Source: Centroscyllium fabricii (taxonomy: Eukaryota). Taken from it: a stretch of 64,000 bases of DNA. The first letter of the stretch is position 1; the number at the start of each line of letters is the position of its first letter. The notes under the pieces were generated by a model that was not told where the DNA came from, made no database searches, and was given only the letters and a program-made list of their open reading frames with translations. The stretch covers positions 44,082,001-44,146,000 of the forward strand of contig JBNRSN020000028.1 in NCBI GenBank assembly GCA_051313645.2, in the 5' to 3' direction. The position numbers were made by a program, and so were the translations under genes. Below are positions 25,773-38,700 of this stretch, piece after piece.

Positions 25773-26790
25773 CTGATTTTAAATCACAATACTGACCTCA
25801 CAGTTCGGACACAGGTCGCAATAACAAGAGTCGGCCGTTTGAACCCACGAGCCTTACTGCCACTCAATTCAATCTATGAACCAGTTCCGTTTGCAGCTAT
25901 TTGCTCCTGACCCTACGTTTGGTTAACAAACACTTATTAATCGCAAGATGGCAATTGGCACAGCTTTAACTGCTGTTTTGAGAAGTGTGTTACAAATACT
26001 TGCCACATTCACTTTCACTTCTCTCCTGAAGGTCTTGGATCTAATGTTGATTCGATGTCCCTTACTCCTTGACGGTTCAATCATCAGGAATACCTTCTCG
26101 CTATCGACAGTATCAGTTCCACATTATAGCGTGAACACTTCAATCAATTCACCACATAAGCTTGTACATTCCATGGAATATAAACCTATTTTGTGCAATC
26201 TCCCATTGTAAATTGCCCCTTTGGAATCTATGTTAAATCTACGCTTCAATTTTTATGCCTCATACTACTTTCTTCAGGTCAAATGCCCAGAACTGTACAC
26301 AGTACGGCAGGTGTGGTCTAATCCGAGCTTTGTTTAGCTGTGGCATAAATTGTCCCTCTAATAATGTAATCCTGCAGATAACGGTATCACCTTTCAGTTT
26401 GCATCTGTGGATCATTTCTGTACCTGTCCATGACCACTTCATGATATATGTCCATGGCCCTTAAGTCTGTTTCGATCTCAGCTCTTTCCATCTTAACAGT
26501 ATAACGAGTGTATTCTAGACGCCCCTTTTAGGTCCGAAATGGATGAAGGCAAAATTGTCAATATTTTTAAGAAATCTGTCAAATAATTGACCAAATCTTA
26601 AAATATGAATATCTGGTCAAATTTTTAACTTCCACCTAATCTGCTTTTAATGCCGCCTGTCATTTTTGTCATCGTCAAACTGGCATATGTGCCACTCAGC
26701 CGTATCAAGTAATTCGGTAGTAAAATCGAGGAATATTTGAGGTCCCTAGCGAGATAACTCAGAGAAACCGCTTCTTCTATTCTGCCAATT

Positions 26791-29106
26791 TGTCACAGAT
26801 GGCATTCCCCTTTAAGGAATCCATTTTGGAATTCTAGGTTTTGTTTCTCTGTTTTGATTCATTGTATCTCAATTAACTGTTTCACATACCTGTGTGTTCC
26901 TGGTTCTCAATACCTGCAGCTTATTGGCTAGCACTAAATAATCTGGTTTGCCTGTTTGGCTTATAAGCTGGGTGCTTTGACCAGGCAGGTGCCGGATCAT
27001 TAGATTCTACTTACTACTCATTACTACGAAATACTGGAAGGAGTGGTTGCTGTCTGAGCTTCTGGAGAGGCAATGGGTTTGGGCGTTCCCCTGCCTTGTA
27101 GATGATGTATTCTCTTCTGGAATCTCGATTAGAGTAAGTCTTAGCTGTGGAGCGGACTTCGGAGAACTACGGTTGTCTACATTCTGGACATTGCACTTTA
27201 CCTCCGGAACTCAGGATTGTACTTTCCATTAGTTAAGTAAGGGCGTTCCTCTGCTAAGTGGATCATAGATTCTCGTTCTGTGAACTCCGTTGAGTTAAGT
27301 CCCCGCGGTGGAGCGGACTTTGAAGAGATCCTTGTTCTACTTCCTGGACATTGGTCGTGATCACCCGAACTGAGGTTTGGACGTTTCAGTAGGGTATGTG
27401 GGGAGTTTCCTTGTTTGTGAAGATGGATTCTCTCTCAGAAGACTCCGTTGGAGTGAGTTTCTGCTGTAGGGCGAACTCGGGAGTATTCCTAAATTCAACA
27501 TCCTGGACATTGCTCGCACCCTCCTGAACTCAGGGTTGGACATGTATTTCACAACACTATGATGCGCTTGGCTGCGTACCATTCCATGCACCAAGGGAAG
27601 TCTTGTACCAGTTCGGAAGAGAACTTGTTTTCTGTTATGATGCGCTTGGTTGCGTATCATTCCACGCACTATGGAAAGTTTTGTACCAGTTCGGAAAAGA
27701 ACTTGTTTTCTGTTTCTAACTTTGTATGCCATTTAATATTGTTTTATAACTTTTTGAATGTATGCATGTATGTTTTTTCATTACTGTTTCGTATATAAAG
27801 GATTTAAGACCTAGACAGTTTTATCAGTGTCTTTGCATTTGGGCCCCACACCCCACCGTTACAGAATGATCCGGCCAACATGGGGGCCCAGCAGACACTG
27901 AAGCGTCTAGCGCTCCTCGGATTCTTTTATACCTGGAGGACGGTTGGTCCCTCCTCCCCACCCCTCCACCCACCTTCTTTCGGTATTTCGGTACTTGGGA
28001 CGTCAGCAGTCGTCCTTTGAGGGGGGGGGGTTCTGTCACAGATGGAATTCCCCTTTAAGGAATCCATTTTGGAATTTTAGGTTTTGTATCTCTGTTTTGA
28101 TTCATTGTATCTCAATTAACTGTTTCACATACCTGTGTGTTCCTGGTTCTCAATACCTGCAGCTTATTGGCTAGCACTAAATAATCTGGTTTGCCTGTTT
28201 GGCTTATAAGCTGGGTGCTTTGACCAGGCAGGTGCCGGATCATTAGATTCTACTTACTACTCATTACTACGAACTACTGGAAGGAGTGGTTGCTGTCTGA
28301 GCTTCTGGAGAGGCAATGGGTTTGGGCGTTCCCCTGCCTTGTAGATGATGTATTTTCTTCTGGAATCTCGATTAGAGTAAGTCTTAGCTGTGGAGCAGAC
28401 TTCGGAGAACTACGGTTGTCTACATTCTGGACATTGCTCTTTACCTCCTGAACTCAGGTTTGGACTTTCCATTAGTTAAGTAAGGGCGTTCCCCTGCTAA
28501 GTGGATCATGAATTCTCGTTCTGTGAACTCCGTTGGGTTAAGTCCCCGCGGTGGAGCGGACTTTGAAGAGATCCTTGTTCTACTTCCAGGACATTGGTCG
28601 TGATCACCCGAACTGAGGTTTGGACGTTTCAGTAGGGTATGTGGGGAGTTTCCTTGTTTGTGAAGATGGATTCTCTCTCAGAAGACTCCGTTGGAGTGAG
28701 TTTCTGCTGTAGGGCGAACTCGGGAATATTCCTAAATTCAACATCCTGGACATTGCTCGCACCCACCTGAACTCAGGGTTGGACATGTATTTCACAACAC
28801 TATGATGCGCTTGGCTGCGTACCATTCCATGCACCAAGGGAAGTCTTGTACCAGTTCGGAAGAGAACTTGTTTTCTGTTATGATGCGCTTGGTTGCGTAT
28901 CATTCCACGCACTATGGACATTTTTGTACCAGTTCGGGAAAGAACTTGTTTTCTGTTTCTAACTTTGTATGCCATTTAATATTGTTTTGTAACTTTTTGA
29001 ATGTATGCATGTATGTTTTTTCATTACTGTTTGGTATATAAATGATTTAAGACCTAGACAGTTTGATCAGTGTCTTTGCATTTGGGACCCACACCCCACC
29101 GTTACA
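26791..29106 (+). mobile_element. Non-autonomous two-LTR element (Tf1/sushi-like), copy 2, structurally complete
   Basis: LTRs at 26791-27863 and 28034-29106 (1073 bp each), 170-bp interior, TSD CAATT. Confidence 0.92.
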
Positions 29107-29854
29107 CAATTAAAGTTACTGATTATTATCCGTAAGCTTTGTCTCCTGTTGTGCAAAGGATTTCCTAACCAGGACAATAATTTGACTTCACTTCCACGAA
29201 TTTCAACTTCAGTTAGATGTCACCTATGCGGGAGATTGTGAAATTTCATTTGCTCCATGTCTACTAGCTAATAATGATTTGTGAACTGGGACTCATAATC
29301 CTCTTTGGTTCGGAACAGTGAATAGCTTCCAATTATTTAGAATATAATTCACTGTTTAAATTGTGTTTTAAATATGTGACAATAAAATTTAACTTTAACT
29401 TTAAAGTATCTTAATATGTTCGAAAGTCGATGGGGCCGCACTTGCGCACAGTGAACTCGATTTGCCTTTGTTTTGCCTGCTTACTTCGTCTGTGTCTGTC
29501 TCTTTGGTTACCTACATTTCCCATTTGCCGTAATAACGGACCTTCAAACGTATTGCGATCCTCAAACTACGATCTACAGCCTTCAAGTCAATCATAAATA
29601 CGGTGAAAAATTGAAGATCACATTCAATTATCTGGGGGACGGCATTTCTCACATCTGACTCCGCTGCTAAGCAGCATGTCGTTTGTGGGAGGGAGGGTAT
29701 TTCTGAAATGATGGCGGTTTCAGGCAATCAGTCTGCATTTGTGGAAGAAATGCGCTGTCGAAGCTGGACAATGGAAAATAAATTTGATGTTGCAGAAGGT
29801 GCAATGATGCACTGCAAACAAATAAAGGGCTTTTGTGAAATGTGATTAGCAAGA

Positions 29855-29927
29855 GCCCGGATAGCTCAGTCGGTAGAACATCAAACTTTTAATCTGAGGG
29901 CCTAGGGTTCAGGTCCCTGCTCGGGCG
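29855..29927 (+). pseudogene. tRNA-Lys(TTT) degenerate copy
   Basis: Same lineage as 22592, with extra T-arm changes (CCTAGGGTTCAGGTCCCTG). Confidence 0.8.
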
Positions 29928-31738
29928 CTGCTTTTAAATCACAAAACTGATCTCACAATTCGCACACTGATCACAATAAAAAGAGAAAGCCGTTTAAACC
30001 CACGAGCCTTACTGGCACTCGATTCAATCTGCGAACCAGTTCCGTTTGCAACCCTTTGCTCCTGACCCAACATTTGGTCAACAAACACTGATTAATCTCA
30101 AGTTGACAATTGGCACAGCTTTAACTGCTGTTTTCAGAAGAGTGTTCAAATACTTGCCACATTCACTTTCACTTTTCTCCGGAAGGTCTTGGATCTCATT
30201 TCGATTTTATATCGCTTACTCCTTGACGGTTTAATCATCAGGAATAGCTGCTCGATTTCGACAGTATCATTTCCACATAATAGCGTGAATACTTCAATCA
30301 AATCACCACATAAGCTTGTACATTCCCTGGAATATAACCCTAGTTTGAGCAATTTCCCATTGGAAATTGTCCCTTTGTTTTGCTGGCTAACTTCGTCTGG
30401 GTCAATTTACAATGGGAGATTACACAAAATAGGATTATACTCCATGGAATGTACAAGATTACGTGGTGATTTGATTGTATCATTCTGTTAAATCTACGCT
30501 TCACGGTTTATTCCTAATACTACATTCCTCAGGTCAAATTCCCAGAACTGTACAGAGTACTGCAGGTGTGGTCTAATCCTGCTTTGTTTAGCTGTGGCAT
30601 ATATTCACCCTCTAATAATATAATGCTGCAGATAACGGTATCACCTTTCAGTTAGCATTAGTGAATCATTTCTGTACCTGTCCATGACCATTTAATGATA
30701 TATGTACATGGCCCTTAAGTCTATTTGGATCTCAGCTCTTTCCAGTTTAACAGTATAACGACTGTATTCTAGTCGCCCCTTTTCGATCCGAAATGGATGA
30801 TGTCACACTTGCCAATATCTAAATACATTTGTCAGAGAATTGCCCGAATCTTAACCTATCATTATCTGGTCACATTTTTAAATTTCAACTAATCTGGTTT
30901 TAATGCCGCCTTGCCTTTTTTGTCATCGTCAAACTGGCATGTGTGCAGCTCAGCCGTATCAGGTAATTCGGTTTTAAATTCGAGGAATATTTGAGGTCCC
31001 TAGCGAGATAACTCAGATATACCGCTTCTTATATCCTGCCAATTAATGTTTCTGATCATTATCCGTAAGATTTGTCTCCTGTCGTGCAAACAATTTCCTA
31101 ACCAGGACAATAATTTGACATCACTTCCACGAGCTTCCACTTCAGTAAGATGTCACTTCTGCGGGACATTATGAAATTTAATTTGCTTCATGTCTACTCG
31201 CTAATAATCATTTGTGAGCTGGGGTTCATAATCCTCTTTGGTTCCCAACAGTGATTAGCTTCCAATTATTTAGAAATTAATCCAAACTATCTAATATGTT
31301 CCAAAGTGGATGGAACCAAACTTGCGCACAGTGAACTCGATTTCCCTTGGTTTTGCTGGCTTACTCCGTCTGTCTCTGTCTCTTTGGTTACCACCATTTC
31401 CCAATTGCACCAATAACGGAACTTCAAACTTATTGCGTTCTTCAAACTACGATCTACAGAGTTCTGCTGCTCCATCCAAGTCAATCATACATACGGTGAA
31501 AAATTGAAGATCATGTTCAATTATCTGGGGGACGGCATTTGTCACAGCTGACTCCGCTGCTAAGCAACATTTCCTTTATGGGAGGGAGAATTTTTCTGAA
31601 GTGATGGCGGTTTCAGGCAGCCAGTCTGCATTTGTGGAAGAAAGGCGCTGTCGAGGCTGGATTATGGACAATAAATTTGATGTTGCAATGACGCACTGCA
31701 ACCAGTAAAAGGGCTTTGGTGAACTTTGTTGAGCATTT

Positions 31739-31811
31739 GCCCGGATAGCTCAGTCGGTAGAACATCAGACTTTTAATCTGAGGGTCCAGGGTTCAAGACT
31801 CTGTTCGGGCG
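31739..31811 (+). tRNA. tRNA-Lys(TTT) variant, same allele as 15601
   Basis: Same sequence and flanks as the 15601 copy. Confidence 0.8.
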
Positions 31812-32037
31812 CTGCTTTTAAATCACAATACTGATCTCACAATTCGTACACTGATCACAATAAAAAGCGAAGGCCGTTAAAAACCACGAGCCTCACTGCC
31901 AATCGCTTCAATCTGTGAACCAGTTCCGATTGCAGCCCTTTGCTCCTGACCTTCGATTTGGTCAACAAACACTTATTAATCTCAAGTTGCCAATTGGCAC
32001 AGCTTTAAGTGCTGCTTTGATAAGTGTGTTTCAAATA

Positions 32038-32290
32038 CATAGAATCATAGAAAAATAGAAGATAGGAGCAGGAGTAGGCCAGTCGACCCTTCGAGTCTGC
32101 TCCGCCATTCAATGAGATCATGGCTGATCACCCAAACCCAGTACCATATCGTTGCCATATCCCCTGATCCCTATCGAACCTGCATCAACACATATCCCAC
32201 CCTGTCCTCGTAACCCCACATATTCAATCCCCCTAACATTAAGGGTCAATTTATTATGGCAAATCAACCTAACGCGCACATCTTTGGACT
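32038..32290 (-). mobile_element. 5'-truncated HE1-type SINE (duplicate of 15900)
   Basis: Same insertion point and sequence as 15900-16152. Confidence 0.85.
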
Positions 32291-32949
32291 TGCCACATTA
32301 AATTCCACTTCTCTGCTGTAGTGTTTGGATCTAATGTTGATTCGATATCCCTTACACCTTTTGCGGGACTTTATGAAATGTAATTTGCTCCATGTCTACT
32401 AGTTAATAATTATTTGTGAACTGGGACTCATAACCTTCTTTGGGTCTCTACAGTGTATAGCTTCCAATTATTCTGAAAATAATCCAAACTATCTTAATTT
32501 GTTCCAAAGTGGATGGAGCCACACTTGCGCACAGTGAAATTGATTTGCCTTTGTTCTGCTGGCTTACATCGTCTGTCTCTGTCGCTTTGGTTACCATCAT
32601 ATCCCATTTGCACCAATAACGGACCGTCAATCTTATTGCGAACTTCACACTCTGATCTACCGAGTTCTATTGCTCCATCAAAATCAATCATAAATACGGT
32701 GAAAAATAAAAGATCAAGTTAAATTATCTGGGGGACGGCATTTCTCACATCGGACTCCGCCGCTAAACAGCATGACATTTGTGGGAGAGAGAATATTTCT
32801 GAAGTGATGGCGGTTCAAGTAGTCAATCTGCAATTGTGGAAGAAATGCGCTGTAGAGGCTGGATTATGGACAGGAAATGTGAAATTGCAGAACGTGCAAT
32901 GAGGCACTGCAAGCAATAAAAGGGCTTTTGTGAACCTAGTTTAGCAAGG

Positions 32950-33022
32950 GCCCGGATAGCTCAGTCGGTAGAGCATCAGACTTTTAATCTGAGGGTCCAG
33001 GGTTCAAGTCCCTGTTTGGGCG
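32950..33022 (+). tRNA. TRK-TTT: tRNA-Lys(TTT), near-intact (one G:U wobble in acceptor stem)
   Basis: Identical to 16812 except TTTGGGCG for TTCGGGCG; TTTT terminator present. Confidence 0.93.
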
Positions 33023-34040
33023 CTGATTTTAAATCACAATACTGACCTCACAGTTCGGACACAGGTCGCAATAACAAGAGTCGGCCGTTTGAACCCACGA
33101 GCCTTACTGCCATTCAATTCAATCTATGAACCAGTTCCGTTTGCAGCTCTTTGCTCCTGACCCTACGTTTGGTTAACAAACACTTATTAATCGCAAGATG
33201 GCAATTGGCACAGCTTTAACTGCTGTTTTGAGAAGTGTGTTACAAATACTTGCCACATTCACTTTCACTTCTCTCCTGAAGGTCTTGGATCTAATGTTGA
33301 TTCGATGTCCCTTACTCCTTGACGGTTCAATCATCAGGAATACCTTCTCGCTATCGACAGTATCAGTTCCACATTATAGCGTGAACACTTCAATCAATTC
33401 ACCACATAAGCTTATACATTCCATGGAATATAAACCTATTTTGTGTAATCTCCCATTGTAAATTGCCCCTTTGGAATCTATGTTAAATCTACGCTTCAAT
33501 TTTTATGCCTCATACTACTTTCTTCAGGTCAAATGCCCAGAACTGTACACAGTACGGCAGGTGTGGTCTAATCCGAGCTTTGTTTATCTGTGGCCTAAAT
33601 TGTCCCTCTAATAATGTAATCCTGCAGATAACGGTATCACCTTTCAGTTTGCATCTGCGGATCATTTCTGTACCTGTCCATGACCACTTCATGATATATG
33701 TCCATGGCCCTTAAGTCTGTTTCGATCTCAGCTCTTTCCATCTTAACAGTATAACGAGTGTATTCTAGACGCCCCTTTTAGATCCGAAATGGATGAAGGC
33801 AAAATTGTCAATATTTTTAAGAAATCTGTCAAATAATTGACCAAATCTTAAAATATGAATATCTGGTCAAATTTTTAACTTCCACCTAATCTGCTTTTAA
33901 TGCCGCCTGTCATTTTTGTCATCGTCAAACTGGCATATGTGCCACTCAGCCGTATCAAGTAATTCGGTAGTAAAATCGAGGAATATTTGAGGTCCCTAGC
34001 GAGATAACTCAGAGAAACCGCTTCTTCTATTCTGCCAATT

Positions 34041-36357
34041 TGTCACAGATGGCATTCCCCTTTAAGGAATCCATTTTGGAATTCTAGGTTTTGTTTCTCT
34101 GTTTTGATTCATTGTATCTCAATTAACTGTTTCACATACCTGTGTGTTCCTGGTTCTCAATACCTGCAGCTTATTGGCTAGCACTAAATAATCTGGTTTG
34201 CCTGTTTGGCTTATAAGCTGGGTGCTTTGACCAGGCAGGTGCCGGATCATTAGATTCTACTTACTACTCATTACTACGAACTACTGGAAGGAGTGGTTGC
34301 TGTCTGAGCTTCTGGAGAGGCAATGGGTTTGGGCGTTCCCCTGCCTTGTAGATGATGTATTCTCTTCTGGAATCTCGATTAGAGTAAGTCTTAGCTGTGG
34401 AGCGGACTTCGGAGAACTACGGTTGTCTACATTCTGGACATTGCACTTTACCTCCTGAACTCAGGTTTGGACTTTCCATTAGTTAAGTAAGGGCGTTCCC
34501 CTGCTAAGTGGATCATGGATTCTCGTTCTGTGAACTCCGTTGGGTTAAGTCCCCGCGGTGGAGCGGACTTTGAAGAGATCCTTGTTCTACTTCCAGGACA
34601 TTGGTCGTGATCACCCGAACTGAGGTTTGGACGTTTCAGTAGGGTATGTGGGGAGTTTCCTTGTTTGTGAAGATGGATTCTCTCTCAGAAGACTCCGTTG
34701 GAGTGAGTTTCTGCTGTAGGGCGAACTCGGGAGTATTCCTAAATTCAACATCTTGGACATTGCTCGCACCCACCTGAACTCAGGGTTGGACATGTATTTC
34801 ACAACACTATGATGCGCTTGGCTGCGTACCATTCCATGCACCAAGGGAAGTCTTGTACCAGTTCGGATGAGAACTTGTTTTCTGTTATGATGCGCTTGGT
34901 TGTGTATCATTCCACGCACTATGGAAAGTTTTATACCAGTTCGGAAAAGAACTTGTTTTCTGTTTCTAACTTTGTATGCCATTTAATATTGTTTTATAAC
35001 TTTTTGAATGTATGCATGTATGTTTTTTCATTACTGTTTGGTATATAAAGGATTTAAGACCTAGACAGTTTTATCAGTGTATTTGCATTTGGGCCCCACA
35101 CCCCGCCGTTACAGAATGATCCGGCCAACATGGGGGCCCAGCAGACACTGAAGCGTCTAGCGCTCCTCGGATTCTTTTATACCTGGAGGATGGTTGGTCC
35201 CTCCTCCCCACTCCTCCACCCACCTTCTTTCGGTATTTCGGTACTTGGGACGTCAGCAGTCGTCCCTTGAGGGGGGGGGGGTTCTGTCACATATAGCATT
35301 CCCCTTTAAGGAATCCATTTTGGAATTCTAGGTTTTGTTTCTCTGTTTTGATTCATTGTATCTCAATTAATTGTTTCGCATACCTGTGTGTTCCTGGTTC
35401 TCAATACCTGCAGCTTATTGGCTAGCACTAAATAATCTGGTTTGCCTGTTTGGCTTATAAGCTGGGTGCTTTGACCAGGCAGGTGCCGGATCATTAGATT
35501 CTACTTACTACTCATTACTACGAACTACTGGAAGGAGTGGTTGCTGTCTGAGCTTCTGGAGAGGCAATGGGTTTGGGCGTTCCCCTGCCTTGTAGATGAT
35601 GTATTCTCTTCTGGAATCTCGATTAGAGTAAGTCTTAGCTGTGGAGCGGACTTCGGAGAACTACGGTTGTCTACACTCTGGACATTGCACTTTACCTCCT
35701 GAACTCAGGTTTGGACTTTCCATTAGTTAAGTAAGGGCGTTCCCCTGCTAAGTGGATCATGGATTCTCGTTCTGTGAACTCCGTTGGGTTAAGTCCCCGC
35801 GGTGGAGCGGACTTTGAAGAGATCCTTGTTCTACTTCCAGGACATTGGTCATGATCACCCGAACTGAGGTTTGGACGTTTCAGTAGGGTATGTGGGGAGT
35901 TTCCTTGTTTGTGAAGATGGATTTTCTCTCAGAAGACTCCGTTGGAGTGAGTTTCTGCTGTAGGGCGAACTCGGGAGTATTCCTAAATTCAACATCCTGG
36001 ACATTGCTCGCACCCACCTGAACTCAGGGTTGGACATGTATTTCACAACACTATGATGCGCTTGGCTGCGTACCATTCCATGCACCAAGGGAAGTCTTGT
36101 ACCAGTTCGGAAGAGAACTTGTGTTCTGTTATGATGCGCTTGGTTGCGTATCATTCCACGCACTATGGAAAGTTTTATACCAGTTCGGAAAATAACTTGT
36201 TTTCTGTTTCTAACTTTGTATGCCATTTAATATTGTTTTATAACTTTTTGAATGTATGCATGTATGTTTTTTCATTACTGTTTGGTATATAAAGGATTTA
36301 AGACCTAGACAGTTTTATCAGTGTCTTTGCATTTGGGCCCCACACCCCACCGTTACA
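34041..36357 (+). mobile_element. Non-autonomous two-LTR element (Tf1/sushi-like), copy 3
   Basis: LTRs at 34041-35113 and 35285-36357; TSD CAATT. Confidence 0.92.
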
Positions 36358-37105
36358 CAATTAAAGTTACTGATTATTATCCGTAAGCTTTGTCTCCTGT
36401 CGTGCAAAGGATTTCCTAACCAGGACAATAATTTGACTTCACTTCCACGAATTTCAACTTCAGTTAGATGTCACCTATGCGGGAGATTGTGAAATTTCAT
36501 TTGCTCCATGTCTACTAGCTAATAATGATTTGTGAACTGGGACTCATAATCCTCTTTGGTTCGGAACAGTGAATAGCTTCCAATTATTTAGAATATAATT
36601 CACTGTTTAAATTGTGTTTTAAATATGTGACAATAAAATTTAACTTTAACTTTAATGTATCTTAATATGTTCGAAACTCGATGGGGCCGCACTTGCGCAC
36701 AGTGAACTCGATTTGCCTTTGTTTTGCTGGCTTACTTCGTCTGTGTCTGTCTCTTTGGTTACCTACATTTCCCATTTGCCGTAATAACGGACCTTCAAAC
36801 TTATTGCGATCCTCAAACTACGATCTACAGCCTTCAAGTCAATCATAAATACGGTGAAAAATTGAAGATCACATTCAATTATCTGGGTGACGGCATTTCT
36901 CACATCTGACTCCGCTGCTAAGCAGCATGTCGTTTGTGGGAGGGAGGGTATTTCTGAAATGATGGCGGTTTCAGGCAATCAGTCTGCATTTGTGGAATAA
37001 ATGCGCTGTCGAGGCTGGATTATGGACAAGAAATTTGAAGTTCCAGAAGGTGCAAGGATGCACTGCAACCAATGAAAGGGCTTTTGTGAACTATGTTTAG
37101 TAAGA

Positions 37106-37178
37106 GCCCGGTTAGCTCGGTTGGTAGATAATCAGACTTTTAATCTGAGGGTCCAGGATTCGTGTCCCTGTTCGAGAA
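37106..37178 (+). pseudogene. tRNA-Lys(TTT) pseudogene
   Basis: GCCCGGTTAGCTCGGTTGGTAGATAATCAGACTTTTAATCTGAGGGTCCAGGATTCGTGTCCCTGTTCGAGAA; A box, B box and acceptor stem are degraded. Confidence 0.85.
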
Positions 37179-38359
37179 ATCTTTTAAATCACAATACTGA
37201 TCTCACAATTACTACACTGATCACAATAAAAAGAGTAGGCCGTTTAAACCCACGGGCCTTACAACCATTCGGTTCAATCTGTGAATCAGTTCCGTTTGTA
37301 GCCCTTTGCTCCTGACCCCTTAATATATTTGGTTAACAAACACTTGTTAATCTCAAGTTGATAATTGGCACAGCTTTAACTGCTGTTTTCAGAAGTGTGT
37401 TACAAATACTTGCCACATTCACTTTCACTTCTCTCCTGAAGGACCTGGATCGATAGCGTGAATACTTCATTAGAATCACATTATAAGCTTCTACATTCCA
37501 TGGAATATAACCCTGGGTTGTGCAATTTCTCATTGTAAATGGTCCCTTTGGAATTGTAAGTTGAGTCATTCTGTAAAATCTACACTTCAATTTTAACGCC
37601 AAATACTACTTTCCTGAGGTCAAATGCCCAGAACTGTGCACAGTTCTGCAGGTGTGGTCTAATCCGAGCTTTGTTTAACTGTGGCGTAACTTCTCTCTCT
37701 AATATTGTAATCCTGCAGATAACCGTATCACCTTTCAGTTAGCATTTGTGAATCATTTCGGTACCTGTCCATGACCATTTCATGATATATGTACATGGCC
37801 CTTAAGTCTATTTGGATCTCAGCTCTTCCCAGCTTAACAGTATAACGACTGTATTCTAGACGCCCCTTTTAGATCCGAAATGGATGACGTCACACTTGCC
37901 AATATTTAAATCAATTTGTCAAAGAATTGCCCAAATCTTAATCTGTGAATATCTGGTCAAATTTTAAACTTCCACCTAATCTGCTTTTACTGCCGCCTGT
38001 CTGTTTCGTCATCGTCCATCTGGCATGTGTGGCACTCAGTCGTATCAAGTAATTCGGTAGTAAAATCGAGGAATATTTGAAGTCTCCTAAACAGGTCATT
38101 CAGAGACATCGCTTCTTATATTTTGCAAATTAAAGTTCCAGTTCATTATCCGTAATCTCTTTCTACTGTCCTGCAAACAATTTCCTAACCCGGAGAATAA
38201 TGTGACTTTACTTCCACGAGGTTCCACTTCAGTAAGATGTCACTTATGTGAGTCATTATGAAATGTCATTTGCTCAATGTCTACTTGCTAATAATCATTT
38301 GTGAGCTAGGGTTCATGATCCTCGTTGGTTCTCAACAGTAAATAGCTTGCAATTATTGC

Positions 38360-38580
38360 ACGGAGGATCTGCAACAAAGTACGTCACTGTCTGGCGTAAA
38401 AATAAAAAAATGGAAGGTGTCTCAACCATGGCTAACAAGGGAAATCAGGGATAGTATTAACGCCAAGGAAGTGGCATACAAATTGGCCAGAAGTAGCAGC
38501 AAACCCGGGGTCTGGGAGAAATTTAAAACTCAGCAGAGGAGGACGCAGGTTTTGATTAAAGCAGGGAAAATAGAATATGA
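38360..38580 (+). mobile_element. Short CR1 ORF2 fragment replacing part of the spacer
   Basis: QPWLTREIRDSINAKEVAYKLARSSSKPGVWEKFK, typical of the CR1 endonuclease-RT linker. Confidence 0.75.
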
Positions 38581-38627
38581 TGGCCTGCAACCAATAAAAG
38601 GGCTTTTATGAACATTGTTTAGCAACT

Positions 38628-38700
38628 GCCCGACTAGCTCAGTCGGTAGAGCATCAGACTTTTAATCTGAAGGTCCTGGGTTCAAGTACCTGTTCAGGTG
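38628..38700 (+). pseudogene. tRNA-Lys(TTT) degenerate copy, terminator lost
   Basis: GCCCGACTAGCTCAGTCGGTAGAGCATCAGACTTTTAATCTGAAGGTCCTGGGTTCAAGTACCTGTTCAGGTG, followed directly by transposon sequence. Confidence 0.8.

Larger units (their letters stand above)
13600..37010 (+). repeat. Higher-order repeat, three copies of ~7.25 kb (three tRNA monomers plus a two-LTR element)
   Basis: Equivalent tRNAs at 15601/24476/31739, 16812/25687/32950 and 13716/22592/29855. Spacings are ~8875 (including a ~1.6 kb CR1) and 7263. Edges approximate. Confidence 0.9.

Noticed and set aside
9884-33714. Recurrent 60-150 aa ORFs in the array (e.g. MEPNLRTVNS..., MAIGTALTAV..., MPHTTFFRS...)
   Set aside because: They recur only because the DNA is tandemly repeated. 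They are frames over decayed CR1 sequence with variable stops and starts.
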